This document shows, one piece after another, positions 15,153 to 28,200 of a stretch of DNA of 64,000 nt (within the stretch, counting starts at the first letter, position 1; every line of letters begins with the position of its first letter). Origin of the DNA: Balanoglossus misakiensis (taxonomy: Eukaryota > Animalia > Hemichordata); assembly GCA_040954595.2 (NCBI GenBank), contig CM082591.2, positions 2,689,258 through 2,753,257 of the forward strand, given 5' to 3'. Position numbers and translations under genes: made by a program. Under the pieces are notes generated by a model, which did no database searches, was not told the origin of the DNA, and saw nothing but the letters and a program-made list of their open reading frames with translations.

Positions 15153-18100
15153 AAAACAGAATCAACCATATTTTTGAAGGTTAACGCATATAATATAAGA
15201 CCAAGTTACTTAAGATGCGCCAAAGATTAACACTCGTTTGAACACTGTAAACTTTTATTTTACTAATATTATGTTGACATGTCGGTCATTAAATTATATA
15301 TATTTTATAAATATCATTAATATTGTAGCTATTAAAAATGTTTCTCCCCGCGAAGATTGATAAGGATGGAATCACCCAGACGTGGTTTATCCTATTACAG
15401 TGAACACCAATCAACCTCTGGGATATTATTTATCACCAGGCCTGTGTTTACAGCTTGTTGCATTTATCCATTGTCGGGGTGGTGTGAACTGGTTCGTGGG
15501 AGAGCAGACCAAAACTCCTACAGATTATTCAAAGTTTTGCGTCAAAATCGTGTCCATGGATCAAAATAAAATTAATTGTATGATCAGGTGAAGTCTTAAT
15601 AACTTTTCACCATTTGGGAATGCAATTAAGAGTAAATGTAATATGATTAGTGAAACGGACACCCCAATAACTAAAGTAGTTTTGCCTCGCAACAATAGGC
15701 TAATAGTCTCTGCTGTGATTGACAGATGTGGGCGGGATTGTGGAAAAGCATGGAAAAGTTGCTGTGTTCAGCTATATAGCCACCGAGCACGCATATGGCG
15801 TGAATGTGATCTAGGTAGCTCTACCCTGTTGTTATATGGCACATCCAAAAATTAAGAATGAAGTATGACAGACCATATATATCTAAATAAATAAAATATT
15901 CAATTGACAAAAGGCCGAGGAAAATGCAGTTTTAGAAGTCCCCTTTTCCCAACTTCAAGTTGACCACGGCGCACAGCATCTATATTCCGCGAGAATTGTT
16001 CCACGCCAGACATAATTCCCCCACGGATAGTATAGAACATGTAGTCATTATATTGAAATACCAGGGGTAAATATTTATTTCAGAAAACCTCGAGTACTCG
16101 GTCAAATTCCCCGAAACCCACGTGCTGCAGATCCAGTGACGTAGACACTGCGCACGCGTTCTCGCGGCGTACGTCACTGAACAGTAGCAATAAAAGTTCC
16201 CAACAAAAGAAGTTACTCGTTGCTATGCATGCCGTGGGTTCAAAAACACCCCCAATAGATACGCAGGGCAAATTGTTGTTCTGTCAGATTAAAAGTTCTA
16301 CAGAGAAAAAAATTAAAACCCACGCTTTTAATCATACCAAACATTTTTAACCATAACATCTGCCTTGGGTTTGTATACAAGTACACCGTTCAACTTGTAT
16401 CTATGGTGTTTACCATGGGAACAACTACGAATAGTGGTTCTGCAAATGTGTTTTGTTGTTGGTCGTTGAAATGCGCTCCTTTCGAAGTGAAAAGCCTTCA
16501 GATATCAGAATAGCGACATTTTGAAGTCACGTGGAAATAAATATTGAATTGATCAAATAAAAGTTTGCTGTAAGATTAAAAACGCGCAGATATACGGCCT
16601 TGTATGGACAGGTCGCATTTTTTATCATAATTTAATTTAATAACAGTCAACAGCACTGCTCATGGTAGAAAACGAACGATGGCCAATTATTATCGGACAA
16701 AATTTCACAGTAATTATCATTTGTGTTTTAAGTCGACCACCTGTTGAACTAGAAATTTAAATAGTGATCCACGAAACCAGTTTCTTTGTTTTAGTCTATT
16801 TTATGAACAAGCACGCGATAATTAGTTTAATTGTACAGTATCCGCACGCGTAAGCAGTGTTGAAAATAACCAATACCGCCAAATGTGCTGGTAGTCTCAT
16901 TCATTTCGTACAATGGTGAATATTTCCGGCCCAGCTGGTGTGAGAGAGTCGTCTAAAAAGCGATGGTTGCAACGTGACGAATTTTACATGCATTCATCAC
17001 TGATGACTCGCCGATCGACACTCGTATTGCAATAAAGTTTTTGGTGTGCGTGCGTGTGTATGGTATGGATGGGTGGATGGATGAATGAACGAATGGATGA
17101 ATGTGTGCATGTAGGTTTGTATGTACATGTGTAGATGTGTAGGCCTTAGCTTGACGATGGTAGGTATGAAACCAAATCGAAAATTGTCGGAACATCATTA
17201 GACGCAAATGTTGAGTTCAGTTGTTTGATCTTTGGAAGTTCTTGGCGTATTTGACCCCAGGGTAAATGCCCCCATCGATGGCTTTCAACACGATACAAAT
17301 TCAACAAGAAAAGAAAATGTCCTTCTCACAGAAAGAAAAAAAATCCAATCATTTTAAGGCACCTCCCTGTCAAGGTGACAACGATTTCCATTCTTGTAAA
17401 GTTATCACGTATTTCTGCAAATTTAGAAGAAACTCACTGTAAAATTTGGCGGGTAATCCCATTACCACTGCAAGTGTGATAAAGTTACTTGTTTTTGTGA
17501 AGTGGCGTGATGGTAAAGTGTTTTCATGTACTTTGTAAGTTGAGCTACGGCCAAGCCAAGAGACGTCTGTCCCGGTGCCTTGTCACTCGCAATCGGTTTG
17601 TGAAAGTCATTCTCCAAGCCAAATAAGTAAAAGTCATTTGAAAGTTCCCCTGAACTTTAATCGCCATAATTCTTGGCCCCGTGGTATGAACCTCCTGACA
17701 TAGACTCTGGACACTCGAGTGTATAAATTCAAATGGTATTTTAATGACTCGGTAAAAAACATTACATTTCGGTGAATGAGCTTAGTGCAGTGTTACGTTG
17801 TTGTCCGGTACACGCGGTTCTAAATGAATTAAAGTACATAAGCAAGGCAAGATTCAATTACATTTACAGAAGTAAAAACACTAAAATTATGGGAATGAAG
17901 TTTCCGCAGAAATTGAATGCGCGTCATTTCAATTCAGCAAAAATCAGAAAGTTTTCAAGTTGAAATGTTCCAACGATCGACGCGTATTATTTCTGAGACG
18001 TTTCTGCTTCCGACTTGAAGACGCGGTTCTGTTCACGGAGGAACAACAAAATCAAGTCTTACCTCAGAAAGTGACGTATTTTGTCGGTGAGAAATGCAAA

Positions 18101-19236
18101 TACTAAAAAGGGGAACGATAAATTTAGTCCTTTCCTGGCAAAGTACTGGCAACAAGTGACTAGCCTTGAAAATGCGACTGCCCAGAAACCCTCAGACGGC
18201 CTGAATTTATACCACATGTATTCCCACACGTGGTGTGTACTTATTCATAAACAAATTTTACGTTCAGAATGACCATTTAGAGACTACAGCAGAGGAATGT
18301 CGATCAATATACTGGCGGTTGAACTGAAAGAATATGCATACAAATTTGCATATAATTTACACCTGTCTACCATTAGCGGACCGCAGGAGACATCCAATCA
18401 GGGACTTGTTTCCACCAGGCTACTGGTAGTTTGGATATCTCCCTGCCGTGCGCAGGACTGTCGACATTTTATTGACTCTCCCCTTCATACGAAGTTTTCA
18501 GGGTTTATTGTTATCATTTTTAAGTGCATTTTTGTTGAAGTCGTACCTCCTCGTGACCAGCGTCACGTAGCTCGCCTGTGTAGGTGTACGGGGGCATGTA
18601 GCTCGCCCTCAACGAGCCACATAGTACGTCTTTTGTTCACTGAGAACAGTGAAAGAGCTCAAGCGCCCTCTAGGACAAGACACTGACGAAAACACAAGTC
18701 GGACTCTGGTGAAAATATTAGATTTATTCTTTCTAAATTAAGAACATGGTGAAAAAAAATAACAAAACTTTGAAACAAACTTAAAAAATTCACATTGATG
18801 TGGTAGCCATGCCAACAGTGTTTCTGACTTATTTCAGTGATATCCATACTGGTTCAGTTGCACAATTATTTTTTCTGTTTAGAGTTCAACAAAAATACTA
18901 CATAAAAAGGGCTATCCTCTGCCAACAAAATAGCTAATGAACTCTACTAACAGAAAATGATGTGGAATGATTAAGAAAAAAAGTTCTGGCAAGAAATTCT
19001 TTCACTGATTTATCCAATAGTTTTTAAAAGACTTCGAAAACTGCAACAAAATCCTCTGAGTTCGTAATAATTTTAATCTAGATTCGTAATGAACAAGAAA
19101 AGTCCTGACTATTATTCTTCAGAAAACTAAGGATTGTGAGATTTTTGACCCAAAAAGTTTGGTCTTAACAACTGATTGCATGTGGTTGTAATGTCGATTG
19201 TGGGTAAGCACAGGGTCTTGCAACTATGACGGACTG

Positions 19237-22200
19237 TTAGAGTAACCTCCCTCGGCAGTCTGTGGATCCGCAGTAACAGTGAAGAATTTTGTTTGGAACA
19301 CTTCCCACTTCGTAGTTGTAATCCCAAGTCAGTTCTGAGCCAGCCCTGATGAATCTGCAACAGAAATTTGGTTGAAAATAAGATCAGTAACAGCAAGGGT
19401 ATAATTGAATTGGAAAACTTAGTCTGATACGCTCAGATCATTTCCCATGGTTTCTAGCTTCCAAGGAAAACAGTGAAGTGACATGATAAGATTCTGGATA
19501 CATTTCCACTTAGATAAAAGTAAACATGTTGAGTATACTTACTGCTGAGCAAAGAAGGAGACCCAGGGAAACCGCAGATCATGTGTGTCGACAAAGACAT
19601 TCTGAACAAAGAGATTTGGCGAGCAGCTATGCTGTAATCAGAAAGATTCAAGATTGTTAATACACTGGTACATACATCATTGACAATACAGCATCTTGAT
19701 GCAAAAACAAATCATTGTTAAGGACATATCGACACAGTGTTTGTCTGGACAAAATAATAGTCTGCAAATATACACCAGTGGGCGGCCATATTGGCATAGA
19801 GGGCGGCCATATTGGCATAGAGGGCGCCCTTCAGTCAAGGGTACTTACATTCAAGTATCTGCCCAGATTACCAATCGATTTAGCATCCATCACATAGCAA
19901 TGTTCCTCATTGAAGAATAGCCTTGTACTTGGAACCTTCTCAGGACTGTCTTCCCCCTGAGCAACTTCACATGCACTGCCTGAAAAAAAATACCACAGTC
20001 ATAGAAATACCAGTTTACCCATACTGCATTTTGTCTTTGGTGGAGGAGTCGGTCATATCTATGGTAAGTGCAATGTGGGGAAACTGAAAAACATGAACTG
20101 ATGTATGATAACTGAACTCTGCTCAAGGATTTATTGTGTGTGAAAGGGCCCAGGTTTACCCAATAGACTAGCTGCACATGTTACTCAGAGTAAAGTTGAT
20201 ATTGTTCAGGAAAATCTCTTGTTGTCTCTACCTACCAGTACCCTTTGGAATTCTAATCCTCAAAGGTGTAACAGCTTTTCTTTTACCAGTTAGCTTACTG
20301 GTTGCCCTGAAAAACTCTCGCGTTTCTTCACCAACTGCAGTTGGGAAACATAAATTAATTCAAGTGTGGCCAAGAGTATCTAATGCTATACAAAATAGTT
20401 TATAACTTTGGAACTAGGCTTGATGAAAGTTATAGTAACTACATCTACAAATCTAACTTTTTATTAACTCAAAAATCTAAATTTCTAGTTTCTGTGGTTA
20501 GATACTAATTCATGCAAGAATTCAATACAAACAAACATGAAATTCATGCAATCTTACAGCCCTATAATTTGGGGTGCATGCTAGTATATAAAGAACCTCA
20601 AGTAAAGCCAAAATCGTTTAGCTCATTCTTTGATCTTAGAATGAAAAAAATTGAGTGATGTATCATTGGCAAACTGATTAATATTGTTATAGTGATTTGA
20701 CAATGAAAATGACTGATGATGACTATCAAAACTACTACATGAGTTGATGCAGTTTTATTAACGTCTAAAACTCTATAATGTCTGTATACTAAAAACACAA
20801 CTTCTCTCCAATATCAAAGAAGACATACAATAGACTTGAGATATTTGGGATATTGTAAACAAGAAGGGTAGAGACGTTACAATGAACTTGTGTGACGAAT
20901 GGTCTGGTTGTCGGTAGGTTGGCGGAGACATTTGTGGCCAGATCGATGAAAGGAGCTGTGATATTTGTGAAAGATTTGGAAGACTAGGGCTGTCTGGATT
21001 GAGACGATTATTATTGCTGTTTGGCAGTGATTACCGTATCACAGGTAGAGACATATGACTAGGCAGAGAGTGGTAGAATTTGAACAGCTCTGCATATAAA
21101 TGAAGGCACAGCAATTCAACTTACCATCTTTTTCTGGTGTTTTTGTGAGATCTACTATTTTCATTCCTCTATTGCTTGCTTCGCTTTCACTATCACTCGT
21201 CTGGACGTCCGAATCCACGGCCAGAGACGTTGTACCAGTAATCTGGAGGTTACAGGGCAGTTCCTTGGAATCAGGGACGGTAATGACGTCGATCTCGGGA
21301 GAGAGAAACGGCTTCTCGGGTTTCTTGGATTTCTCTTGGACGGACTTCTCTTCAGTGGTTTTCGACTGGTCTGCATCGAGAAGAGAAATCACACTTGATT
21401 AGTGGGGTGTGTTAGAGATGGGGTGGGTGTCTCATAAACACATGTGACCATAGTTTGTTTTTTCTTTCCTAATTTGCCTAGCGTCTAATACCTGTTTCGC
21501 TTTGCTCACTCTCATTATCATTTCTAGACTGCTTCATTGATCTTCTTCTGCTTCTTCTGGCCTTTAGGTACTCTAACGTTTCTTTGTCTACGACTGATTT
21601 TGTGACATTTGTATTGTAACCGTAGTTAATGGTAACAGGGGATGGGGTAACAGTTGCCTCTGTGGAGGAAAGAAACAAACATACATAAAACATTGAGAAA
21701 AATGGACGTTCATCTTCAGACTTCCTGTCGTTGATGATATGTGTTGACAGAATGATGGTATTCCTCACAAATTAAGGGAAGTCCAACAAGAAAGAGACTG
21801 TGATGCTGAAAAAATATGTGTTCGCTAGTTACCAAGAATGACAATGGAATGACAGACATATGAACATATACGGAATCACAGAATTACAATAAAAGAGTAC
21901 ATATGTACATGTTAAGACAAAAATGCAATGTGTTGAAGTACAACGATAGCAGTGCAGTTGTTTTGAACAGTGCACAATCGACCGTCGACTTACTGCCATG
22001 TTTGGGAGCGAGACTGGTACTTGGCACCTCACGGACCGTTTTGTTGCTAATGACGCCCTCATCTTCATCTTCAAGGGTCAAATCAATGACAGCATCACCA
22101 TCGGTCCGTTTACCAGGTGTAACTTTGTCCTTCTTCTTCTGATTGGCTGGCTTATCCTCTGGTTCCTGCTTGATCTTCGTCCCATCTGGCATTAGAGACT

Positions 22201-25200
22201 CGCTCTCACCTGGCTCCCCTTTCCCACTCGCATCCCCATCCGCATCCTTGGCATTTTCTTCATCCGGTTTCTTTTCCCATTTCTCGTGAACAAAAACAGG
22301 CCCGGAATCAGTTCCTGCCGACTCCCCGTCCTTTCCTGACATCTGTTGCCGTGTCAACAACTCCATCTTCGTCACCTCAGCAACAACCTTTTCCCTGACC
22401 TCACCAGACTCTTTACTTTTCTCAGCACCCCCACCCTCTACAGAATCAACCAACATTGCAGACACATCAGCCTTCTTCACGCCAGTATCTCCCGTACTCC
22501 CCACATCTTTCTCGCTCACTCTCGGAGTAGCAGACGGAAACACATAGACACTGTCATCTTCTGGGGTGATTAGTCTCTGCGAAAATTTCACAGATGCTGA
22601 AGCTGAATCATCTGTTTGATTTTTGTTTGTCTTCTCAGAAATCTCTCCCTTCGACTTCTTTTGTGGTTTCTCTATTGTCCTACAAGATATGAAGGCAAAC
22701 AAAATATTGTCAATACAATGTAATACAATCCAACCTTACAGATTATACTAAATTCTCATCAAAGATTGAAGACAGGGGCCAATGCCATGTGTCGCCCATT
22801 ACATGGTATATTTCCAGGTTTTTAAAACTTCACTACTCTTTGGGACAAAATCCCATCTTAAACTCCCACAGCTACAACTTGAAGTTCTTTCAACTTCCAA
22901 GAACACTCGCGAAGGCAAGAACTAGACCGGTACCAAGACAGTTAGTGGAGCTATTCTACATCTCTGACGACTCAAGACTCAGAGACTCACCACTCCTCTG
23001 TGCTTTTGCCTTTCTGTCTCTCAGAAGACTGTCTTCTCAGGAGAAGAGGTCCCACCTTCTTTCGAGAAGAACTGCATTGCAAAAGGGAAACCAGATGTCA
23101 CAACGTGATACAGTCAAGACAAGTGGCCATCTTTATATAGTGGCCTCTGTCACAGTCTCTGTGTAAATTACATGTGCATAATTGACCTGTCTGTAAAGAC
23201 TGGCTGCTATAGACAATTTGGACTGTACTAATAGTCGTCTTTTCCAGTTCCACAATGCACTGCATGCTACACCCTAGGTTAGTGCAGAAGACACCTTGGG
23301 CACCCTCAAGTTCAGAGTTTTAATCACTGCTGTATCAACCATAGTGGGTATTAAGAATTCCCATTAGTTAGCAATATGCTTTGAAACTTGAAATCATTCT
23401 CTTTATTAGTACCGCATGTCGTACTTACACATACCTATGCTTGCCTCTGCTACCCTTGTCATCCTCACTGTCGGATTCTGTGCTGCGATTGGTTTGTGAG
23501 GATGATGCGATCACCGACACGCTTCCACTTTCTGATGAACAGCTGGAGAACGGTCGTCGACTGGACTCGTCTTCAGAACTGGGGAGGAGGGAAAAGTCAT
23601 GTTTCAAACTTTTATGATCGTGACCTTAAAAAGTCAATAGTTCAAAAATCAAATATCAGCAACCACTGTAGGATGTTTGGTTAAAAAACTCAAATTATCT
23701 CTGTTGACTTGGCGCAGGAAGTACATGCTTGTTTGCTGTTTGTTTACTCACCTGTCCACAGTATCTGACATGCCACTTGTACTGTCACTTTGGTTGTCCG
23801 GGTCTCGGACGTCACTTTCATATCCTTCTTTTCGATTCTCTGCCACTTCTGCAAGACGAACAGAAATATTATGATGAATAATACTTTACACACTAACCAG
23901 TGAGCAGTCATTCTACCAAGCAGTCGTGCCATGAAAATTAAGTTAATGTTTTCAGTAAGCCTTACCGATAAGATCAAGTTCGGCTAAGTATTCATCTCCA
24001 AATCTTTTTCCATCTTCATTAGCCAGTTCTTCTGTCAGTAGCTCTCCAGCATAGGTGCACACAAAACTGCCAACCGGAATGTCATCCAAACAGCGAAGAC
24101 CCCAACCTCTACAAAATGAAAACATGCAATAAACCAAAACAGCATTAGTTAAATGCACCAGCAGTCTGAACAAAAATATGCACATGCACATGAGACGATC
24201 ATCGGCCTTTAAGTTAGCAACTGAGGTGTCATCTGTGATCACAACTCTTGCCTTTCAACTGCGGCTAAATGATATACAACAACTATACGCTACCTTTTCT
24301 CAGTTTTAAACACTTGGAGTCTGTGTGCCAATCCGTGCTGTGCAACCCTGTTGTGGCAGGTGTGGTCACAGCTACAGTTTTCATTGCACTCGTAGATCCT
24401 GTACAACAAACAAACAAACAATGCAGGTCAAAGGTCAGCAACAAACCAATCCCCATTTTCAAGACAGTGTTGATTCATGTTAGGGACCACAGATGACATA
24501 TTGTTGGATTTTTCTCCTCGCATACTTACCCAGTAAGCATCTGATCATACAACAACCTGTATTCATAACCCGCCTCTGGGTCAACGATTCCCAGTTTATT
24601 TGAGGAACCAGTTGCTTGAATTGTCAACTGATGACAGGCACATTTACTTTTATCCTGGAACAGAAAATAAACATACATGTATCATATTATAATATTTTAC
24701 GTTAATGTTATCTAAAAACAGAATACTTGGTAGCTATCCTTCAAATGGAAAATGATGGAATATCTTTTGTTTCTCTTATTAGACATGGAAATTTTCTTTG
24801 AAGACTTACTCTACAACCATCGGTGCAATCGCAACCAGCCAGGAACTCAGAGTCTGTGTTCACAGTTACACCCCTTGCACATATCCTCTGGGTGGTGTAT
24901 TCCACGAACAGTGGACAACGATCATCGATTTCATTCACGCACTGCGAAAACGAGGTAAGTAAAGACAGAGAAATCAAACCTCGTCAACAAGATTTGATGG
25001 ATTCTTTAGTTTGCAGTGAAAACGTCTTACATGTACATTTTATCACAGGCCTGTGTTTTGTATCCTAGGCAGTATGTCAAAACATCTAAGTGACCGTACA
25101 CCTTAAGAAGTCAAAGACTTTGTTCCTTTCAGCAAAAACATGCTCGTTCATACTTACAGACACAGGGATAGGCTCTTTTCCTTCGGATATATCTTTTATC

Positions 25201-28200
25201 ATCATCATTGGTTTCGGATTTCTTATGTACGTATGCGTGTGCACAAAGGGGTCAAAGGTGAAGCAGTCAATGGTCAAGTAGTTGATTTTCGTCTCCAGCA
25301 GGTATCGGTCGATTTCCGGGAGTGAACGGACACTTCGGCAACAGGGAGTGCGGTAAGAAACGATTCTACGTCCACTGCCTCTCTGTTTTCCGAGCTCCCT
25401 TCTCCATCCGCACAGTTCTGGTTTCAGGTAGGGATTCTCCCCGATCAAGATGCCGGGATCTCTGCAGCAGTTCCTGACGCATACTGGTGTGCAGCTGTGT
25501 GGAACTGATGCAAAAATAATCACAAGTCAGAAAAATATAGATAAAGATCCACTGATTACAATCTCAGGTCACATGATTGACGAAGAGGTCAGAGAACCGT
25601 CGCCAAATCAAGCGAAATAATTGAAAAAAGACAAACTCACCAAAACGTCGCCATCTCTCCTTCCTCATCTGTTCCAAAGTGCGGGCAATGTTGAAGTCAA
25701 AAGAGTCATTGGAATCGTCACTATGGTCTTGTCTGTTCTGTAGCAGTCGGCTTTGTAAAACACTGGCTATATCCGTCTTCTGCTGTTGTAAATTACCTGC
25801 AAATCAAAAATAGAACATGCCACCAATTGTTCAAATGAAATATTCCATTCTGTTACAGTGACACAACTCTGTTGCTTGGTGAGTGACTCCCATTCTTCAG
25901 ATAGACAGAAGTATACTCTCACAATAAATCCTTTTTAAAATTTAAATTTACCAGAAAACCAAGAATTTTTAATAGACTTATCACTGTGGATGTTAGACAG
26001 TGCAATAACATACCACGAGGTCTGCCGATATTCCTTTGACCGCGTTTTAACCATGGAGCTTCCCATGTACTTGTTGATGATGTCTGAGTAGTCGACTGTG
26101 TGTAGTACTGTGGTCTCCACTGAGCTGTACTCTTCTTGGCAACCTGCCAAAAAACCAAGGAATGTATCCATATCAACCATATCATAGAGTCAATGCCAAG
26201 AACAAAAATACCGTCAAGCTAGCCAAAAATTTCAGCTGATGATTTATTCACTCACGAATATAAACATCATTATCACCTGTTTACCAGCAGTGGGTGCACC
26301 TGTGGTCTTTTTGACGGTTGTTTTTACGTCCTTGCTTGACACATCACTGTGAGGGGAGGGTGTCGCAGCTGGCCTGGTAGGCAGAGGAGGAGGTGGAGTG
26401 GGAACAGGACTTGGGGTTGCTGCTTTCCGCTGTCGTACTGAGTGGAAAAAAATAATTGTCCTCGTCTTTTACTTAGTCTCTAACTTCACATTATTTCTGG
26501 CAGACAATTGGGCCAGGAAAATCCCAGAGAGGCACAATGCTCTCATTACCCCATCAGGCAGCGTGTTACTCAGTTTTAGGAGTCACTAAAATGTGAAACT
26601 GTTGCAAAGTGGAGCTTAATTGATAGAGTTAGTATATGGTACTAGTTACCTGGCGGTACTGGTGGTGGCTCTTCAAAAGCCCTTGTATATTCCACATAAG
26701 GTCCTTTACTCTTGCAAGTGGTTGATCGACTGCGGATCTGAGAGGTGCCTTTTTCTGAAGTCCTGGCAGCTTCTGCATGTTGCTGTGGAAGATTCGAGAA
26801 ATATTGGAATTTGGATGGAGTGTGTGATAGAACTTACAGTGAGTACAAATGTAGTGTATTGTACAGTGGGAAGTGGTAGGGCCATGTGCATAAAGACTGG
26901 TACATCTCTTTCCCATGGAGGGCAGAGATCACAGAGAGGACACAATGACTGCTCAGTAGAATGTCCACTCACCAGTTCTGTGTAAAGTGTTTCCAGTCTT
27001 GGAGATCCTCTGTAAATCCATTCTGTTCTCTTGTCGACCTCAAACAGCATGTTCACAAGACTACCATCAACCTCCAGAACCTTGGCCTTCCACCTGAAAA
27101 ATTAGGAGCAGAAACATGCTTCGGTACTTTCTAAAAGCAAATTCGGACTAACACAAGTTTGACAGTGGTTGAAAAAATTCTCAAAAGTTCCGACTATTGT
27201 TGGAAAATTCTTGACATGTATTTACCATTGCCCATTCCACTCTGTTCTGATCCACTGGTTGGCTTTGACTTTGACCATGGGTCTATCCGGATAGATCTCC
27301 AGGTATTGCTTGATAAATTCCCTGGAATCTGGATGGATATCTTCCCACACATTGTCACCTGCCAAGGAAAAATAAGTTTGAAAGTTCCATGGAAATGATC
27401 ATATAAAGAATACCACACTGTCACAGAGATCATGTTCTGAAATTGACACAATATTGGATGACTTACTTTGTTGATAGACACAGTAGATCTTGTTGATTTT
27501 CATGTACTGTGCAAAGCCGTCATCGAAGAATATCAAGTACCTGTTGAAATTAATACAAGAGGGTGTAAGTACTCTTCAAGCACCAATCAGAAAGTTGCTT
27601 TCACAAGCTCTACGGCAAGTGCATTGTGTGCTGTCCAATGAAGTGGACTGAAACAGAACTCAGGATGATATCAACCAATCATATTATACATTACCTCCAG
27701 TTGTTGGATCTCATTGGTGTTTCCGCCACTATCCCCGCATAGAAACACTCATCATGGCTGTCAGCTTCATTCAGATAGATTCCTGGCGAACAAAATGACG
27801 CAAATCAATGTTTTACTTTACATGTGAGTCTACAGGCTGACGTAAAGAACCTTCTACATTTCATCAAATCATGTTTACTTGACTCTAGCTCTTTTCCAGT
27901 AAATGTGCTCAAGTCAAACTTTGTATCAATTTTTTTTCTTACCCACAATTCTGCTGCCCACTTTGACCTCCCATGCTTTAGGATTGGTGGCATATGCAAT
28001 GCTTTTCCCAGAAAGCAGTGACTTGCCTTTGTTTCCGTCATATTTGATTTTGTATTTCTCCTACAAGACAAAACAAATATTATACACGTAAAATTCCAGG
28101 TACATGTATTTCCAATTATGCAGGCATTTATCAAAGAGGAACATACCATGTTTCTGAAGTGATTGCATTGCAAATATGTAGGGCATGCTTGCAACTTAAT

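Noticed and set aside
20018-20060. Second candidate mini-exon in SETDB1
   Set aside because: Available donors give the wrong phase and an implausibly short downstream intron.
20881-21016. Exon-like segment in a SETDB1 intron with AG/GT ends
   Set aside because: At 136 nt it would shift the frame between two phase-1 junctions; the model is complete without it.
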